A stretch of DNA of 64,000 bases from positions 1,032,099-1,096,098 of the forward strand of contig JAKMXF010000354.1 in the NCBI GenBank assembly GCA_024704765.1, read 5' to 3'. Below the pieces are notes generated by a model. It did not search any database. It was not told the DNA's origin and worked only from the letters and a program-made list of their open reading frames with translations. The DNA is from Oopsacas minuta (Eukaryota; Animalia; Porifera). Shown in pieces: positions 36,693 to 50,820 of the stretch. The stretch's first letter is position 1. Each line of letters starts with the position of its first letter. The translations under genes were made by a program, and so were the position numbers.

Positions 36693-37248
36693 TTTAAAAC
36701 TTATATTAAAGGTAATTATTGCTTTTATAGTTAATTGTACTAGCCTATTGAAACTAGAACTAATTAAGAAGAGTTAAAGTGAATTCTACCCAAATTATAC
36801 TGATTGGTGGCACAGATGTGTCCTTTTAAAGGTCAAATTCCAATCAGTCAATTTTACGGCCTCGGTTGCTGTAGAATATTAATTAAGGGCAATAATTCTC
36901 TTTTTAAGATAGAAGTGAATGTGTCGGAGAAACCATAGAGTATATTATATCATGTTCAGGATGCTTAATGAAAAGTCTTGTCACCTTTAGTGAGCAATTT
37001 CTGTCGCTAATAAGACCATGTCTTAACACAGAGGTTCCCAAACTATTCCACCCCGTGGACCCCTAGATTTCCAGATGGGTCCAGAAATTTGCAATTAGTT
37101 GGGAGAGTTGTCCTCATCGCCCCAGTCCCAAACACCTCAGATATGAAGATATGGATTTGACCTCTGAACACGCCCCGGGGGGTGAGGTTATTGTACCAAT
37201 CCCTATACCCTTCCTGGGGACAAAATCGATATAACATAAAGTGATATA

Positions 37249-37629
37249 TTATACAATCTGGAATAGTTCCTTATTTAGTTCTGGTTGTGAGTTCCTTACC
37301 TCTCTCAGTCTATTATTAGTGTGCTCTTTCAACAGACACATAATCTCATTATCGAATTTACGCGGGGGATTATCCTTGCCAGTTGCCCAGTAGTAAATAG
37401 ACCAATCATCTGCTTCAGAATTAATCAGCTGATCGTATAGGCTTAACTGTTTATTTGTGAAAGAATTCAAGAATCTGTTTACAAATGTAGAAAGGATGAG
37501 CCCATTTTCTAAAGTCCCTCTTTTCCTGCTTTGATAGATTAATCGGGACCTTAGCTGTGAGAGGGATTCAGTAGAGAACATGCGGCCACATTGCTTTGAG
37601 GTGTTGCGACACAAACGCGTAATATACAT
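37249..37629 (-). CDS. SDHAF2: Succinate dehydrogenase assembly factor 2 (Sdh5), single exon
   Basis: RLIYQSRKRGTLENGLILSTF and DWSIYYWATG motifs; targeting-peptide-like N-terminus. Confidence 0.93.
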   Translation of the reverse strand: MYITRLCRNTSKQCGRMFSTESLSQLRSRLIYQSRKRGTLENGLILSTFVNRFLNSFTNKQLSLYDQLINSEADDWSIYYWATGKDNPPRKFDNEIMCLLKEHTNNRLREVRNSQPELNKELFQIV

Positions 37630-38010
37630 GCTAATAAAATATTTTTGTGAATATTGAGGAACTGGTAAGAGCTACAGGCTTTAAATTCGGAACATAAGTG
37701 TTCATGTACACGAATGAAATAACCGAGAAAAATCTCCCCATATCGGTGTGAACTATTTTACTCAATCAGACGTCAGAATTATTTATGATATCTCCAAAGA
37801 AAGCTCTACAAAATTCCTAAAATATTTGTGAATAGAAATCTTTATATTTCAAATAATAAGAATCAATAGAAGAGGAACATAATGGTGATCACGAGGAGAC
37901 CCAAATATGCATATATTGTCACCATTAAAATACTCAGTACTCGGTGAATAGAACATACATCTAACAATGCAATTTAATTGGTCCAAATAGACCCATGGGA
38001 TCAATGAAAA

Positions 38011-38453
38011 CAGTGTTCGGAAAAAACCGCCCTTTTTTGGAAAGACCGGGGCAAGTGGAAGAAACCGGTCTTTTCTGCTGATTAGGTATGATCATTGATC
38101 ATAATATCTAAATGAATATTGATGAGTTATTATTGTTATTCTCTTTCATAATATCTTATCTAAACAAACATCAACATGTCAGTTCTTTAGTTGATATTCC
38201 ACAAACCTCTGTCTAACATTAGGAACCCAGTATAAAGGGTTAAAGTCCGAAATTTCAACAACAAGAGGTAATAAAAGCTTAAAATCTCTTAGAAAATCAG
38301 TCTCTTACATGTCACAAATGGGCCAGGAGTAAAGTCACATATGCTGATTATGGTCATAAGTGGTTCTTTCCAAATTTAATGCCCTTTTCAAGGGTGGAAA
38401 AACCGGGTTTTCCAGGTGGTTTTTTCCGGGATGGTCTTTTCGGACAGACACTG
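38011..38453. mobile_element. Degenerate non-autonomous DNA transposon relic (hAT-like ends)
   Basis: Starts CAGTGT and ends ACACTG, with mirrored subterminal GGAAAAAACC / GGTTTTTTCC and AAAGACC / GGTCTTT repeats. No intact 8-bp target-site duplication. Confidence 0.45.
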
Positions 38454-38564
38454 ATGCTAAATTGGTCTAGACCAATCAAGTCTTAGTCTATGCCAACAGT
38501 CCTACCAGACCGCTGTAATTCATTTATCAATTAGAATATTAAACAGCTAACAAACAATAGTCAT

Positions 38565-41444
<2,880 letters not shown>

Positions 41445-41447
41445 CTA

Positions 41448-42887
41448 ATGGCTAAAATATCCAATGAGGAACAATCTCTATTAGCCCCATTCTACACGGT
41501 AGACCAGGGTCTGGACAAGATAGGAGCGGGACTGTTCCAATTTAACGTGTTCGTATACTCGGGGTCTCTCCGCGCGTTCCACGCCCTCATAGACCTCCAA
41601 TTGGCCCTTCTGATCCCCACATGGCAATGCGAATTCGCCCTCAGTAACTTCCAATTAGCCCTCCTAACCGCTATGTTCCCATTGGGTAACATGATAGGTG
41701 TGAATCCCCTCGGGTACCTATGTGACAAATATGGTAGGAGACGAGTGGTGAATGTGGCGAATATCTTTATTATACTTTTGTCAGCTGTATCTGCTTTCGT
41801 GCCAAATTTTACATGGCTAATAATAATGAGATTCATGCTTGGATTGATAGATGTGGCAACCAGTATGTGCACCACCTATTGTGTCGAGTTTATGCCCGCA
41901 AGGTGGCGCTCAGTGGCTGTTGTGTCGATTAGTTTGTTCTGGACACTAGGGACCTGTGTGTTGGTGGGGCTTAGTTACTTGTTGGTGCCGATTGGGTGGA
42001 GATACCTAGTCCTGGTCATTAGTATATTGTTATGTATACCTCCTGTACATAACTTATGTGTTCCAGTATCTCCAAGGTATTTGGTGGAAAAGGGACAATT
42101 GGAGGAGGCAAAAAAAGTGTTAAAATTGGGCGCGCGGTTAAATTGTAGATCGCTACCAGAAGGCGAGTTGTCGACAAACATACAAAGTGTCCAAACATAC
42201 AACTCTACATGTCAACAACAACAAACAAAAAAGGAAGGAATTCTCACAATTTTCAGGAAGAAATACAGATTAACGACTTTCATTATGTCAGTAATATGGT
42301 TTACATGTGGATTCCTAGGCTACGGAGCTGTCCTAATTACAGCTGACATATTCACATACGACAACCACTGTATAAACCATATTTCTAACACCTCTATGAG
42401 CCACTTTATGAGCCACTGTAACCACTTAACACCTCAAAATTACTTCGATTACTTGGTCACCACTTTAGCTGAAATCCCGGGCATAATTGTCACGGTTTTC
42501 CTCGTTGAAATTATTGGTAGGAAAATCACATTCATTCTAGAATTTGCCATTAGTGGAATTGGATTTTGTTTGTTGTTTATTTGTTTTCCTTTTGAGACAA
42601 CAACAAAGACTGTGTTATTGTTTATCATACGGGCAGCAAACGCGGGGGCCTTCAACCTTACTTTCCTATATACAGGAGAAGTGTACCCGACAGTGGTACG
42701 AGCCAGGGCCCTCTCTATCCTCTCAACATTCTCCAGGGTCGCCACTATCCTAACAGGATTCGTTTCACAGGTTCTATTAAGGGAACATTTCCAGGTCGCC
42801 ATTGGACTATTTGGGACTGTGGGGCTGCTGACAGCTGTAGCTAGCATACTATTACCTTATGAAACTAGAGGGAAGAGAATAGAATGA
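41448..42887 (+). CDS. SVOP-like MFS transporter, single exon, 479 aa
   Basis: CDKYGRR loop, EFMPARWR, EIIGRK, YTGEVYPTVVRA, PYETRG; about 12 hydrophobic helices. Confidence 0.9.
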   Translation: MAKISNEEQSLLAPFYTVDQGLDKIGAGLFQFNVFVYSGSLRAFHALIDLQLALLIPTWQCEFALSNFQLALLTAMFPLGNMIGVNPLGYLCDKYGRRRVVNVANIFIILLSAVSAFVPNFTWLIIMRFMLGLIDVATSMCTTYCVEFMPARWRSVAVVSISLFWTLGTCVLVGLSYLLVPIGWRYLVLVISILLCIPPVHNLCVPVSPRYLVEKGQLEEAKKVLKLGARLNCRSLPEGELSTNIQSVQTYNSTCQQQQTKKEGILTIFRKKYRLTTFIMSVIWFTCGFLGYGAVLITADIFTYDNHCINHISNTSMSHFMSHCNHLTPQNYFDYLVTTLAEIPGIIVTVFLVEIIGRKITFILEFAISGIGFCLLFICFPFETTTKTVLLFIIRAANAGAFNLTFLYTGEVYPTVVRARALSILSTFSRVATILTGFVSQVLLREHFQVAIGLFGTVGLLTAVASILLPYETRGKRIE

Positions 42888-43289
42888 TTCTTTTAATCAT
42901 ATTGTTATTTTTGTTGTTTTGTTGTTATCATATGGTGCTTCATTTCCGCTTCACACCTCAGGCTGTAAACAAATCGCTGAATTCAGAGAACTTTCGTTTT
43001 GAAACACCAAATTTCAAAGCACGGTTTTTGTAACTGATTGTAAATGTATTAAGAAATTTATAACACCTATCTCATCTCAGCTGTTTTGGCCATAATTAAT
43101 ATAAAATAATATATCTACAGCCATTTACAAAGTGTAAAGTGGCATTTATGTGGATCACATGGCTCAGCTCCAATTACACAACCTCTTAGTTAATAAACTT
43201 CTCTAATATCAAATACACTATAACGTATGCATATAAGAGCTGAACTAACTGATAAGTGATAACTAACAAACAAGTAAACAAGTGGGTAC

Positions 43290-44520
43290 ATGGCAGAGAG
43301 AGAAGCTGTAACACCAGACTCTATAAGTACTCTCATCTACGTGGATATGAGGGGAAAGACAGGAGGGTATCGAACAGACCTACTCAAGGAACAGGTCTCT
43401 GAGAATATGAAGAAGTTATTAATCTGCTCAAAATGTGATGGAATCAGTAAAGAAACTAAAATGACCGAAGGCAAGACATTCTGTACAAATTGTACAGAGG
43501 GCAGAGGCGGGGAAGTTGATGGGAGAGTAGACGGGCTTGTAAGGGAACTGAAATGCAGATGTCCTCTATCAACACGAGGTTGTGATTGGTCAGGAAAGCT
43601 GGATAATATTGAGGAACACATGAATGGTTGTGATAAAGTGAAAATAAAATGTCAGAAAGGATGTGGAGAGGTGTTACAAAAATGTGACACAATACACCAC
43701 CAGAAAGAGTGTCCCTTCCGAATTCTAGAGTGCGAGTACTGTAAAGAGAATGTAAGAGCTAAACCAAGCAAACGAACACATTAGATTATGTGAACACCAT
43801 CCAGATGGTGTTGTTACATGTCCTTTTATGGAAGTAGGTTGTGACACAATTGAAATAGCAAGAAAGAATTTAGAGACACATATAACTCAGAATGTGGTTG
43901 GTCACCAGAAGTTATTGCTACATGAATTGAATCAGCTGAGAACTGAGAACAAACAGCTGAGAGCTGATAATGAACAGCTGAGAGCTGATAATGAACAGCT
44001 GAGAGTTACTAATGAGAGACATGAACAGTCTATACAGTCACATGAACAGTCTATACTCTATTCTTGTACACTTCTGTCTACAGGACAATTGGAATGGAAG
44101 ATTAAAGGTGTTAAACAGAAGATAGAAAACAAAGAGGATACTTACAGTGATCCATTCTATGCAGGATTATACAAGTGTCAGGGCTGTATTCAATGGAATT
44201 GTTTGTTTTTCAGTAAAGTAGGTGTTTACATTTGTATCATGAAAGGAGATTATGATGATAAACTACACTGGCCTATCAGATACAAATATACGTTTATTAT
44301 ACTCAATCACATTAACAGTAATAATAATTATGAATACACTAATCAAGTAACTAAGGAATATTTGGAGAAATATCCTGATAACTTAAAGAAACCTACTCAG
44401 ATGAGAAATCAAGGTTATGCAAATTTCTTCATTTCAAAGACTGAAATATTAGAAGCTAAATATTGTAAAGAAGACAGCATAACTCTTCTAATTAAAATAG
44501 AATTGTTACCAGCATTATAG
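43290..44520 (+). pseudogene. TRAF-like gene (degenerate RING, TRAF zinc fingers, coiled coil, MATH domain) with a +1 frameshift at ~43761-43763; pseudogene or assembly error
   Basis: Two ORFs (43290-43784, 43828-44520) join if one A is removed, matching the paralog at 63037-64000. MATH-like motifs LEWKIKG, DPFY and KGDYDDKLHWP. Confidence 0.7.
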
Positions 44521-44959
44521 CTTTATTTGTATTTTTGTTTACTATTTACTCAGAATGTATTTACCATAACATTAGTATTGATTGTTAGTATTGCTTTACA
44601 CAATTGTTTCACCTATTTTTGAGTTTGAACTTTTCCCATTTCTTTGCTCCATAGCTCCATTATCTGTCGTCTGGTACCAGTATGAACCTCCATTAATTCT
44701 GGTACACATTAAACGCTTGTGGCATCAAGCTCCTCTCTATGATAGTACACAGTTGCCTCCCGTTACATCTAAGGACTGCTATAATTCCTTTGATATATGT
44801 GGAGTTGAATGTACAATATTAATATTTGTATATTTTGTTGATTAATTCAGCCATGTGGCCTTGAGCATGCCACTTATATAAACCTTCATGAAGCTAAGTA
44901 TGCCATTATTTGCATGAAGTAGTAGCACAGATTATAGTTTACTTTATTGTTATTAGTTT

Positions 44960-46462
44960 ATGGATGCAGAGACTTCATTCACGACCGCAAAACAGGAGCA
45001 ATTGGACGATGAGGGTGCTCAGCTGCTAGGCCAAGAGGGAGTGGAACAAGACAAGTACCCTAAAGAGTACACAGTAGACGCCGCCATCAAGAAAATCGGC
45101 CTAGGACTGTTCCAATTAAATGCGTTCAATTTTGCAGGAACTATTTGGGCTGTCCATTCGGGGGTAGCTCTACACAGCGCAGTCCTGAGCGCCTCTTGGC
45201 AATGCGAGTTCGGTTTGTCCAACAGTGAGCTGGCCCTCATCACGACCATGTACCCCATTGGTTCCGCCGTGGGGAGCAATATTTATGGCATTTTGGCAGA
45301 TAGGTATGGAAGGAAAAAAGTGATAAATATCGCTAATTATTTCGTAATGTTATTCGGGATCCTTTCCGCAATTGTGCCTAATTATGGATGGCTCTTGACG
45401 ACAAGATTTCTCATTGGAATGTTAATTATTTCCGGTAACCAGGTGACAACATATTGTGTCGAGTTTATGCCAGTTAGATACCGATCTCCTGCCATTATGC
45501 TTCTGAACATTTACTGGACAATTGGTCTCTGTCTGACGATGCTATTAAGTTATCTAGTGATACCTAATCTGGGATGGAGGTACTTCGCATTCTTATCTTG
45601 CCTTCCTATCGCTATGTCTATGGTATATTATTGGTTCGCGCCCACATCGCCGAGGTATTTGATCAAGAAGGGCAGTGTGTCGGAAGCTGAAAAGGTGTTA
45701 AAACGTGGCGCGCGGATGAATAGAAAGTCTCTACCAAAGGGGGAGTTGGTTAGCGACGAGGTGACCAAGGAGGGACACACCCAGGGGTCCAAAAATAGGC
45801 TCAAAACCCAACTCAAACAATCCTTACAGATATTCAACCGGAAACATATTTTCACTACTTTGATTCTGTCCTTAATATGGTTCACGAGTGGTTTTATATA
45901 TTACGGAGCTGTCCTCATCACTCAGGACATATTCATATACGACACACACTGCCAAGATGCCACTTCTAACACCTCTATAACCCGGACACTATGTCACCCT
46001 CTCACCTTAAGCGATTACTCTGCAATCCTAATCACCACTTTTGCCGAATTGCCCGGTATAATAATAACTATTTTTATCCTGGAATTGATTGGCCGGAAAC
46101 TGACCTTCTGTCTGGAATTCATTCTAAGTGGCGCCCCATTCTTTTTCCTGTATATATGCACATCTCATGACCGGATAGTTAAGACTATTGCCCTATTCGT
46201 TACCCGCGGCTCAATAACAGCTGTCTTTTTGGTAGCATTCCTTTACACCAGTGAAGTGTATCCAACTGAAATACGCGGGACTTCTCTTGCTATTTTAAGC
46301 ACAGTAGCAAGATTCGCTGTAATTATTTCGAGTTTTGTGTCACAGGTTTTATTAAGAGAACAGTTTTTACTCACAATAGGCATATTCGGGGCCATGGGGG
46401 TGGCGACAGGGGTCGCTAGTTTGTTCCTCCCTGTGGAGACCAAGGGACGAAATATTAAATAA
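44960..46462 (+). CDS. Second SVOP-like MFS transporter, single exon, 500 aa
   Basis: ADRYGRK, EFMPVRYR, ELIGRK, YTSEVYPTEIRG, PVETKG; collinear with the 41448-42887 protein. Confidence 0.9.
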   Translation: MDAETSFTTAKQEQLDDEGAQLLGQEGVEQDKYPKEYTVDAAIKKIGLGLFQLNAFNFAGTIWAVHSGVALHSAVLSASWQCEFGLSNSELALITTMYPIGSAVGSNIYGILADRYGRKKVINIANYFVMLFGILSAIVPNYGWLLTTRFLIGMLIISGNQVTTYCVEFMPVRYRSPAIMLLNIYWTIGLCLTMLLSYLVIPNLGWRYFAFLSCLPIAMSMVYYWFAPTSPRYLIKKGSVSEAEKVLKRGARMNRKSLPKGELVSDEVTKEGHTQGSKNRLKTQLKQSLQIFNRKHIFTTLILSLIWFTSGFIYYGAVLITQDIFIYDTHCQDATSNTSITRTLCHPLTLSDYSAILITTFAELPGIIITIFILELIGRKLTFCLEFILSGAPFFFLYICTSHDRIVKTIALFVTRGSITAVFLVAFLYTSEVYPTEIRGTSLAILSTVARFAVIISSFVSQVLLREQFLLTIGIFGAMGVATGVASLFLPVETKGRNIK

Positions 46463-46604
46463 TGTATTCATATTTTATATGTATATTGAGGTGTTAAAAT
46501 GTTTGTGTCAGTTTTTAACGTAATTAAGGAAGTAAACAAATTCTGACAATTCACTCTAGAAAATAACAATAAACAAATAAATACATCACATAATAAGATT
46601 ACAG

Positions 46605-49007
46605 CTAAGTAATAGACTTATCCAGTAGTGATGAGAATGGGACAATGGGTCTAGCGGTCTGGAGCACTAGGGAGCGTCCTAGGAGCTCTACCGAACGGTC
46701 ATACTCTCCCCTCTTCTGACAAATTAACCCTAGTCCCCTCAGGGCGAGGGGTCTGTCCCCGTGTCTAAGAGACAGTTGTAGATAATGTTCCGCTTGTCCC
46801 ATGTTCCCATCGTCCAATAAAATAGACCCAAGGGACTCTAAAGAGTCCAAGTGTTGTGGCTCTATCGACAGCGCTGATTCGAAAAAGCTCTTAGCTTTCA
46901 TTTTGTGTTCGCCTGTCCGCTCGACTTCCCCAAAGCACCATAATATGTCTGGACTCCTGCCAGAGTGCAAAACGTTCGCCTCTTTGAATGACATTTTTGC
47001 ATCACTATACCTACCCGCAGACAGAAATACTTCCCCTGTTAATTTCCATATCGACACCAAACTGGAGACCGCCTCTCCGTCTAGCCGTCCCTCCTTTATG
47101 TGACTGTCTGTGCCATTTCTTGAACCATCTGATGAGCCACTAACACCTGAGTTCATCGAGGCGAATAAATCTGTGGAGAGAGAACTCCCAAACTTACTCT
47201 GCCACACTGCGACACAATTCTTACAGCTGACGAGAGCTTCCTCACTTCCCAGCTGATGTAATTTTAACCTAGCGTCCAGTTGTAACACCTCCAGTGACCA
47301 AGGGAACACTGTAGCTAGTCTGTCACACAGGGACAGGGCTTTATCATTCTGTCTCTGGGCCGAGAGGATCAGTACAAGTAGAAGAGGGGACCTGTGATCC
47401 GTTGGGTCCATGGCAGTAGCCCTCTGTGCCTCTAAAGTAGCCCTGCTGAGGTCTCCTTGTACAGCTAGGACACATGCTAACAGATATTTGTACTCATAAG
47501 AACCACTGTCCTTAACAACAGCTGATTCAAACAGCTGAACTGACTCCCTTAATAAATTATCCAGTGTAATTGTGTCAGTACTTCTGAGCGCCATTCTAGC
47601 CGTGGCCAGCCCAGATATTCCATAGCCTTTAGCCGCTACCATGGTTACTTCAGATGACTTTAGGAATTCGGCGTGTTGAATACATTTCTTATATTGCCTA
47701 TTTTCCTCGGTTAATTTACAGGCTACCATCCTAATGGGAAGGAAATCTGGTTTTCGCGTTAAAATGGTGTCAATAGCACGTGTGGCTAACTTAGTGTTAC
47801 CAACTGTAACTAACACCTGTATATATTGGAACCAAACTAGCTCTGGAGAGAAGAATTGGCGCCTTAGACTGTGCTGTAACGGGGGAACCAATCCGACCGC
47901 TGGGTTGGGCAGGAGGAGACACAAAAGATTGTAGACCCTAAGCGCCAAATTGTGTTCACTGGCCTCCTGACAGGAGTCCCTCATGGATGTGTCGATAAAC
48001 TCGGGTCTCAGTTTATGTGACACATTGTGGCATGGTGATCCATTTGTCGCTTCTGTCTCTAGTTTATACCCGGTGTCTAGCTCTATCCCATCTAGAGCTG
48101 TTTTTAGAACAAGGACAGCTTCTTCTTGAGGGGTGGAGGGGTCTAATCGGAGAGGGAGGTCCTCTCGGAGACAGGAGATCGTTTTTTGGGACTCAAAACT
48201 GTCGCTCCAGTTTTGTAAGGTTTTATGTGAGAATTTAAGAATTAGAATTTTAGCTAAACAAACAGCTGATACCAGTCTAACACCTCTGGAAGGGAATCTG
48301 GAACTACTAATCATTAATTGTCTGAGGGAGGATAGGGTAGGGTACAGATCCTCTTGGGAGGAAAGGATCAATTGGGTCAGGAGCTCAGGGACATCTCGAA
48401 CCTCTGCTATAAACATTACGTCAAGAGACCGGACAGTTTTGCCCCCATGAGACGAACTCCTTGCCCTGAGGTCCTTGAGTACCTGGTACCCATCGATAGC
48501 TTGTGACACGGACTGTATGCATTTCGTGAAGTAGTAGACCCTGCGGTGATGTTTGGGATGTGAGAGGCCTGCTAGGGAGTAACATTCCGCGAGGAGACGA
48601 TGGTGTCCAGGTGATATTTCCGGTGGTAATTCCATTAACACCTCGGTTAAGAGTTGTAAACATTCTTGTGTATTGTGTTTTCTATATAGCAAGATTGATT
48701 GTATTAATTTTGCTTGATGTTGTGTCGATGTGTCGACTGTGCCACTTTCAAGGAGTGGTTCTAGATAGTGCGACACATTCTCACTCAATTTACTTATCTC
48801 ACCTTCTTCATCGCCACTTTTCTTAGCAGCACAGGGACAGAAACTTCTTAGAGCGCTCTCAGCTCGGAACAGGGCGTCCGTACTCTCTTCCGGTCTCTTG
48901 GACATGGCCCGGGGGAGGGACCGGGACATGATGGGGTCGAAATCAAACCTCAAGAGCTCTCTCTCTTCTCGTATAGTTAGTTTACGCGCCTTACCAATTA
49001 ATGCCAT
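46605..49007 (-). CDS. TTC7: TPR protein, TTC7-like (PI4KA complex scaffold), single exon, 800 aa
   Basis: C-terminal TPRs (LLLVLILSAQRQ, ESALSIEPQH, LRGLGLICQKRGEY) and a terminal PIVPFSSL resembling the TTC7 C-terminus. Confidence 0.7.
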   Translation of the reverse strand: MALIGKARKLTIREERELLRFDFDPIMSRSLPRAMSKRPEESTDALFRAESALRSFCPCAAKKSGDEEGEISKLSENVSHYLEPLLESGTVDTSTQHQAKLIQSILLYRKHNTQECLQLLTEVLMELPPEISPGHHRLLAECYSLAGLSHPKHHRRVYYFTKCIQSVSQAIDGYQVLKDLRARSSSHGGKTVRSLDVMFIAEVRDVPELLTQLILSSQEDLYPTLSSLRQLMISSSRFPSRGVRLVSAVCLAKILILKFSHKTLQNWSDSFESQKTISCLREDLPLRLDPSTPQEEAVLVLKTALDGIELDTGYKLETEATNGSPCHNVSHKLRPEFIDTSMRDSCQEASEHNLALRVYNLLCLLLPNPAVGLVPPLQHSLRRQFFSPELVWFQYIQVLVTVGNTKLATRAIDTILTRKPDFLPIRMVACKLTEENRQYKKCIQHAEFLKSSEVTMVAAKGYGISGLATARMALRSTDTITLDNLLRESVQLFESAVVKDSGSYEYKYLLACVLAVQGDLSRATLEAQRATAMDPTDHRSPLLLVLILSAQRQNDKALSLCDRLATVFPWSLEVLQLDARLKLHQLGSEEALVSCKNCVAVWQSKFGSSLSTDLFASMNSGVSGSSDGSRNGTDSHIKEGRLDGEAVSSLVSIWKLTGEVFLSAGRYSDAKMSFKEANVLHSGRSPDILWCFGEVERTGEHKMKAKSFFESALSIEPQHLDSLESLGSILLDDGNMGQAEHYLQLSLRHGDRPLALRGLGLICQKRGEYDRSVELLGRSLVLQTARPIVPFSSLLDKSIT

Positions 49008-50398
49008 ACTAATTCAATTATATTTGCAATATTTATAAACATAAACACAAATAGTGAAAGTGTTAAGACGACACATTTGGAAGTGGTCAAAGTGGCTGAT
49101 TATACACAGGTGGATTGTGGCATAATGGGGCTGTATTTAGGCGCCACTCTGTCCGGGCGACCGCTATACCAATCTTTACATATTAAATGGTGTCTAAACA
49201 TCTGTCATTATTCAAGAATGATCTATTTTAAGACACAAAAGGTGTGAACACATTCGTGCCATTTCTTATAAGCAATATTTCAATGGGTAGATGGCACAAA
49301 AGCTGGCATTGCGACACATTTTGCGGGGCAAGATGTGGCATAGTTCATAGGTATTAAACCCTAAATCATATGACCACTTGCATTACTAAATAATTATGTA
49401 AACAAACTGAGAAATTACTAATAATATATACGTATAATATCAAGTTTAATATTATAACACGTATCTATGATGCTACATTATTTATTGCAAGCTCAACAGA
49501 AGTTTGTTGTTGATAGCGTTTTGGTACAAAGTTTTATCAACAACACATCTGTAAATGGAACTAAGAACAAATTGAGTGTGTGAGAAGTATTTGTTTATTT
49601 ATAATCAAAACAATAACATTTTGAGTGTAATTGAGATGGACACAAATATGTTTACTAATTGTGAAGAAATGAGAAGACTATTTTGAAAGGTAATTTGTTA
49701 CCCAAGGGGTCCTTTGGTCCAATTATCGGTCCCAGATGTGAGGATAGGGACCAGGAATTATCCAGATATATTAGACCTCTGAACACGCCCAGAGGGTCAG
49801 GTTATTGGAGGTGTTAAACCCATTCCAGACTGGAGAAGCGACGGGAACATTTCATACAATATCGATTATATTTCAGTAAACAACAGAGAAAGAAAACAGA
49901 CAACAATTGGACCACTTTAACAGGATAAATAATAAAAAATCACTGAGTTGCAAAGTACAATACATTAGCACTTAATACAAGTAAACAGCATTACTTAGTA
50001 ATTTGATAAACAGCTTTAAAAGCTATATACGTAGACAATTGTACAACCAGACTTGTGAATGAATATTGCAAATTATAAATAGAAACCTATTCGATGTCAT
50101 AGTGGCACAGTTGTGTCGCAATTATGTGTATGTTTCAAAAACTAAAGAAGACCTCTTTCCTAATAGACATATTAAACTGTTGACTAAGAGGCGATGATTG
50201 TTTACAGTTTAAAATAAGAACGAACAACAAGTTTAAAGTTGCTTTGTAAGTCAAAATAAACACACTGATGTAGGAGTTGATGCAGCACATCTCTAAAATG
50301 TATTATTATAAATAAAGGAGATTCTAATCCGAATTAACAAACAAACAAACAAACAATAATCTACACTTCTACGACAACACGAAAGAAACTTCAAAAAG

Positions 50399-50807
50399 GT
50401 AAGTATGTGTTCTTTAAATAGAACTCAAAGCACGTGTTATTATGCCAAAGATGACCCAATACATTCCTCTAACATATTCACGTTGCTATGATGAGGAAAA
50501 CTGTCGTATAATTATTTTGCAAATGGCTAGAGATGACTTTACTTTTTGATCATATGACGACGGTATTGCGATGTTATTAATAAAGAGACCGCAATTAATT
50601 ACGACAAGTTGCCAATCTGCTAATTGGATTAGACTGACGCACCTCTGTCCAGCGAAAAGTATAAAAATAAGTCCAAAATCCGAATTTCTAAAGAAGGCTC
50701 AGATCTTCTGAGAGTTTATAAAGCCCGCAATTTTCCCGTTAAGCATTATTATTGCTGAATAATTTTTGACGACAAGACAGCATATCTCATTTTCTTTTAT
50801 TTTTAGA
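50399..50807 (+). other. Probable 5'-UTR intron of the ZFP36-like gene
   Basis: Consensus donor AAAG|GTAAGT at 50399 and a pyrimidine-rich TTTTAG acceptor 14 nt before the ATG. Confidence 0.45.
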
Positions 50808-50820
50808 GACAACTATCAAA

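Noticed and set aside
37043-37237. 64-aa minus-strand ORF
   Set aside because: It overlaps repeat family A copy 3 and has no protein features.
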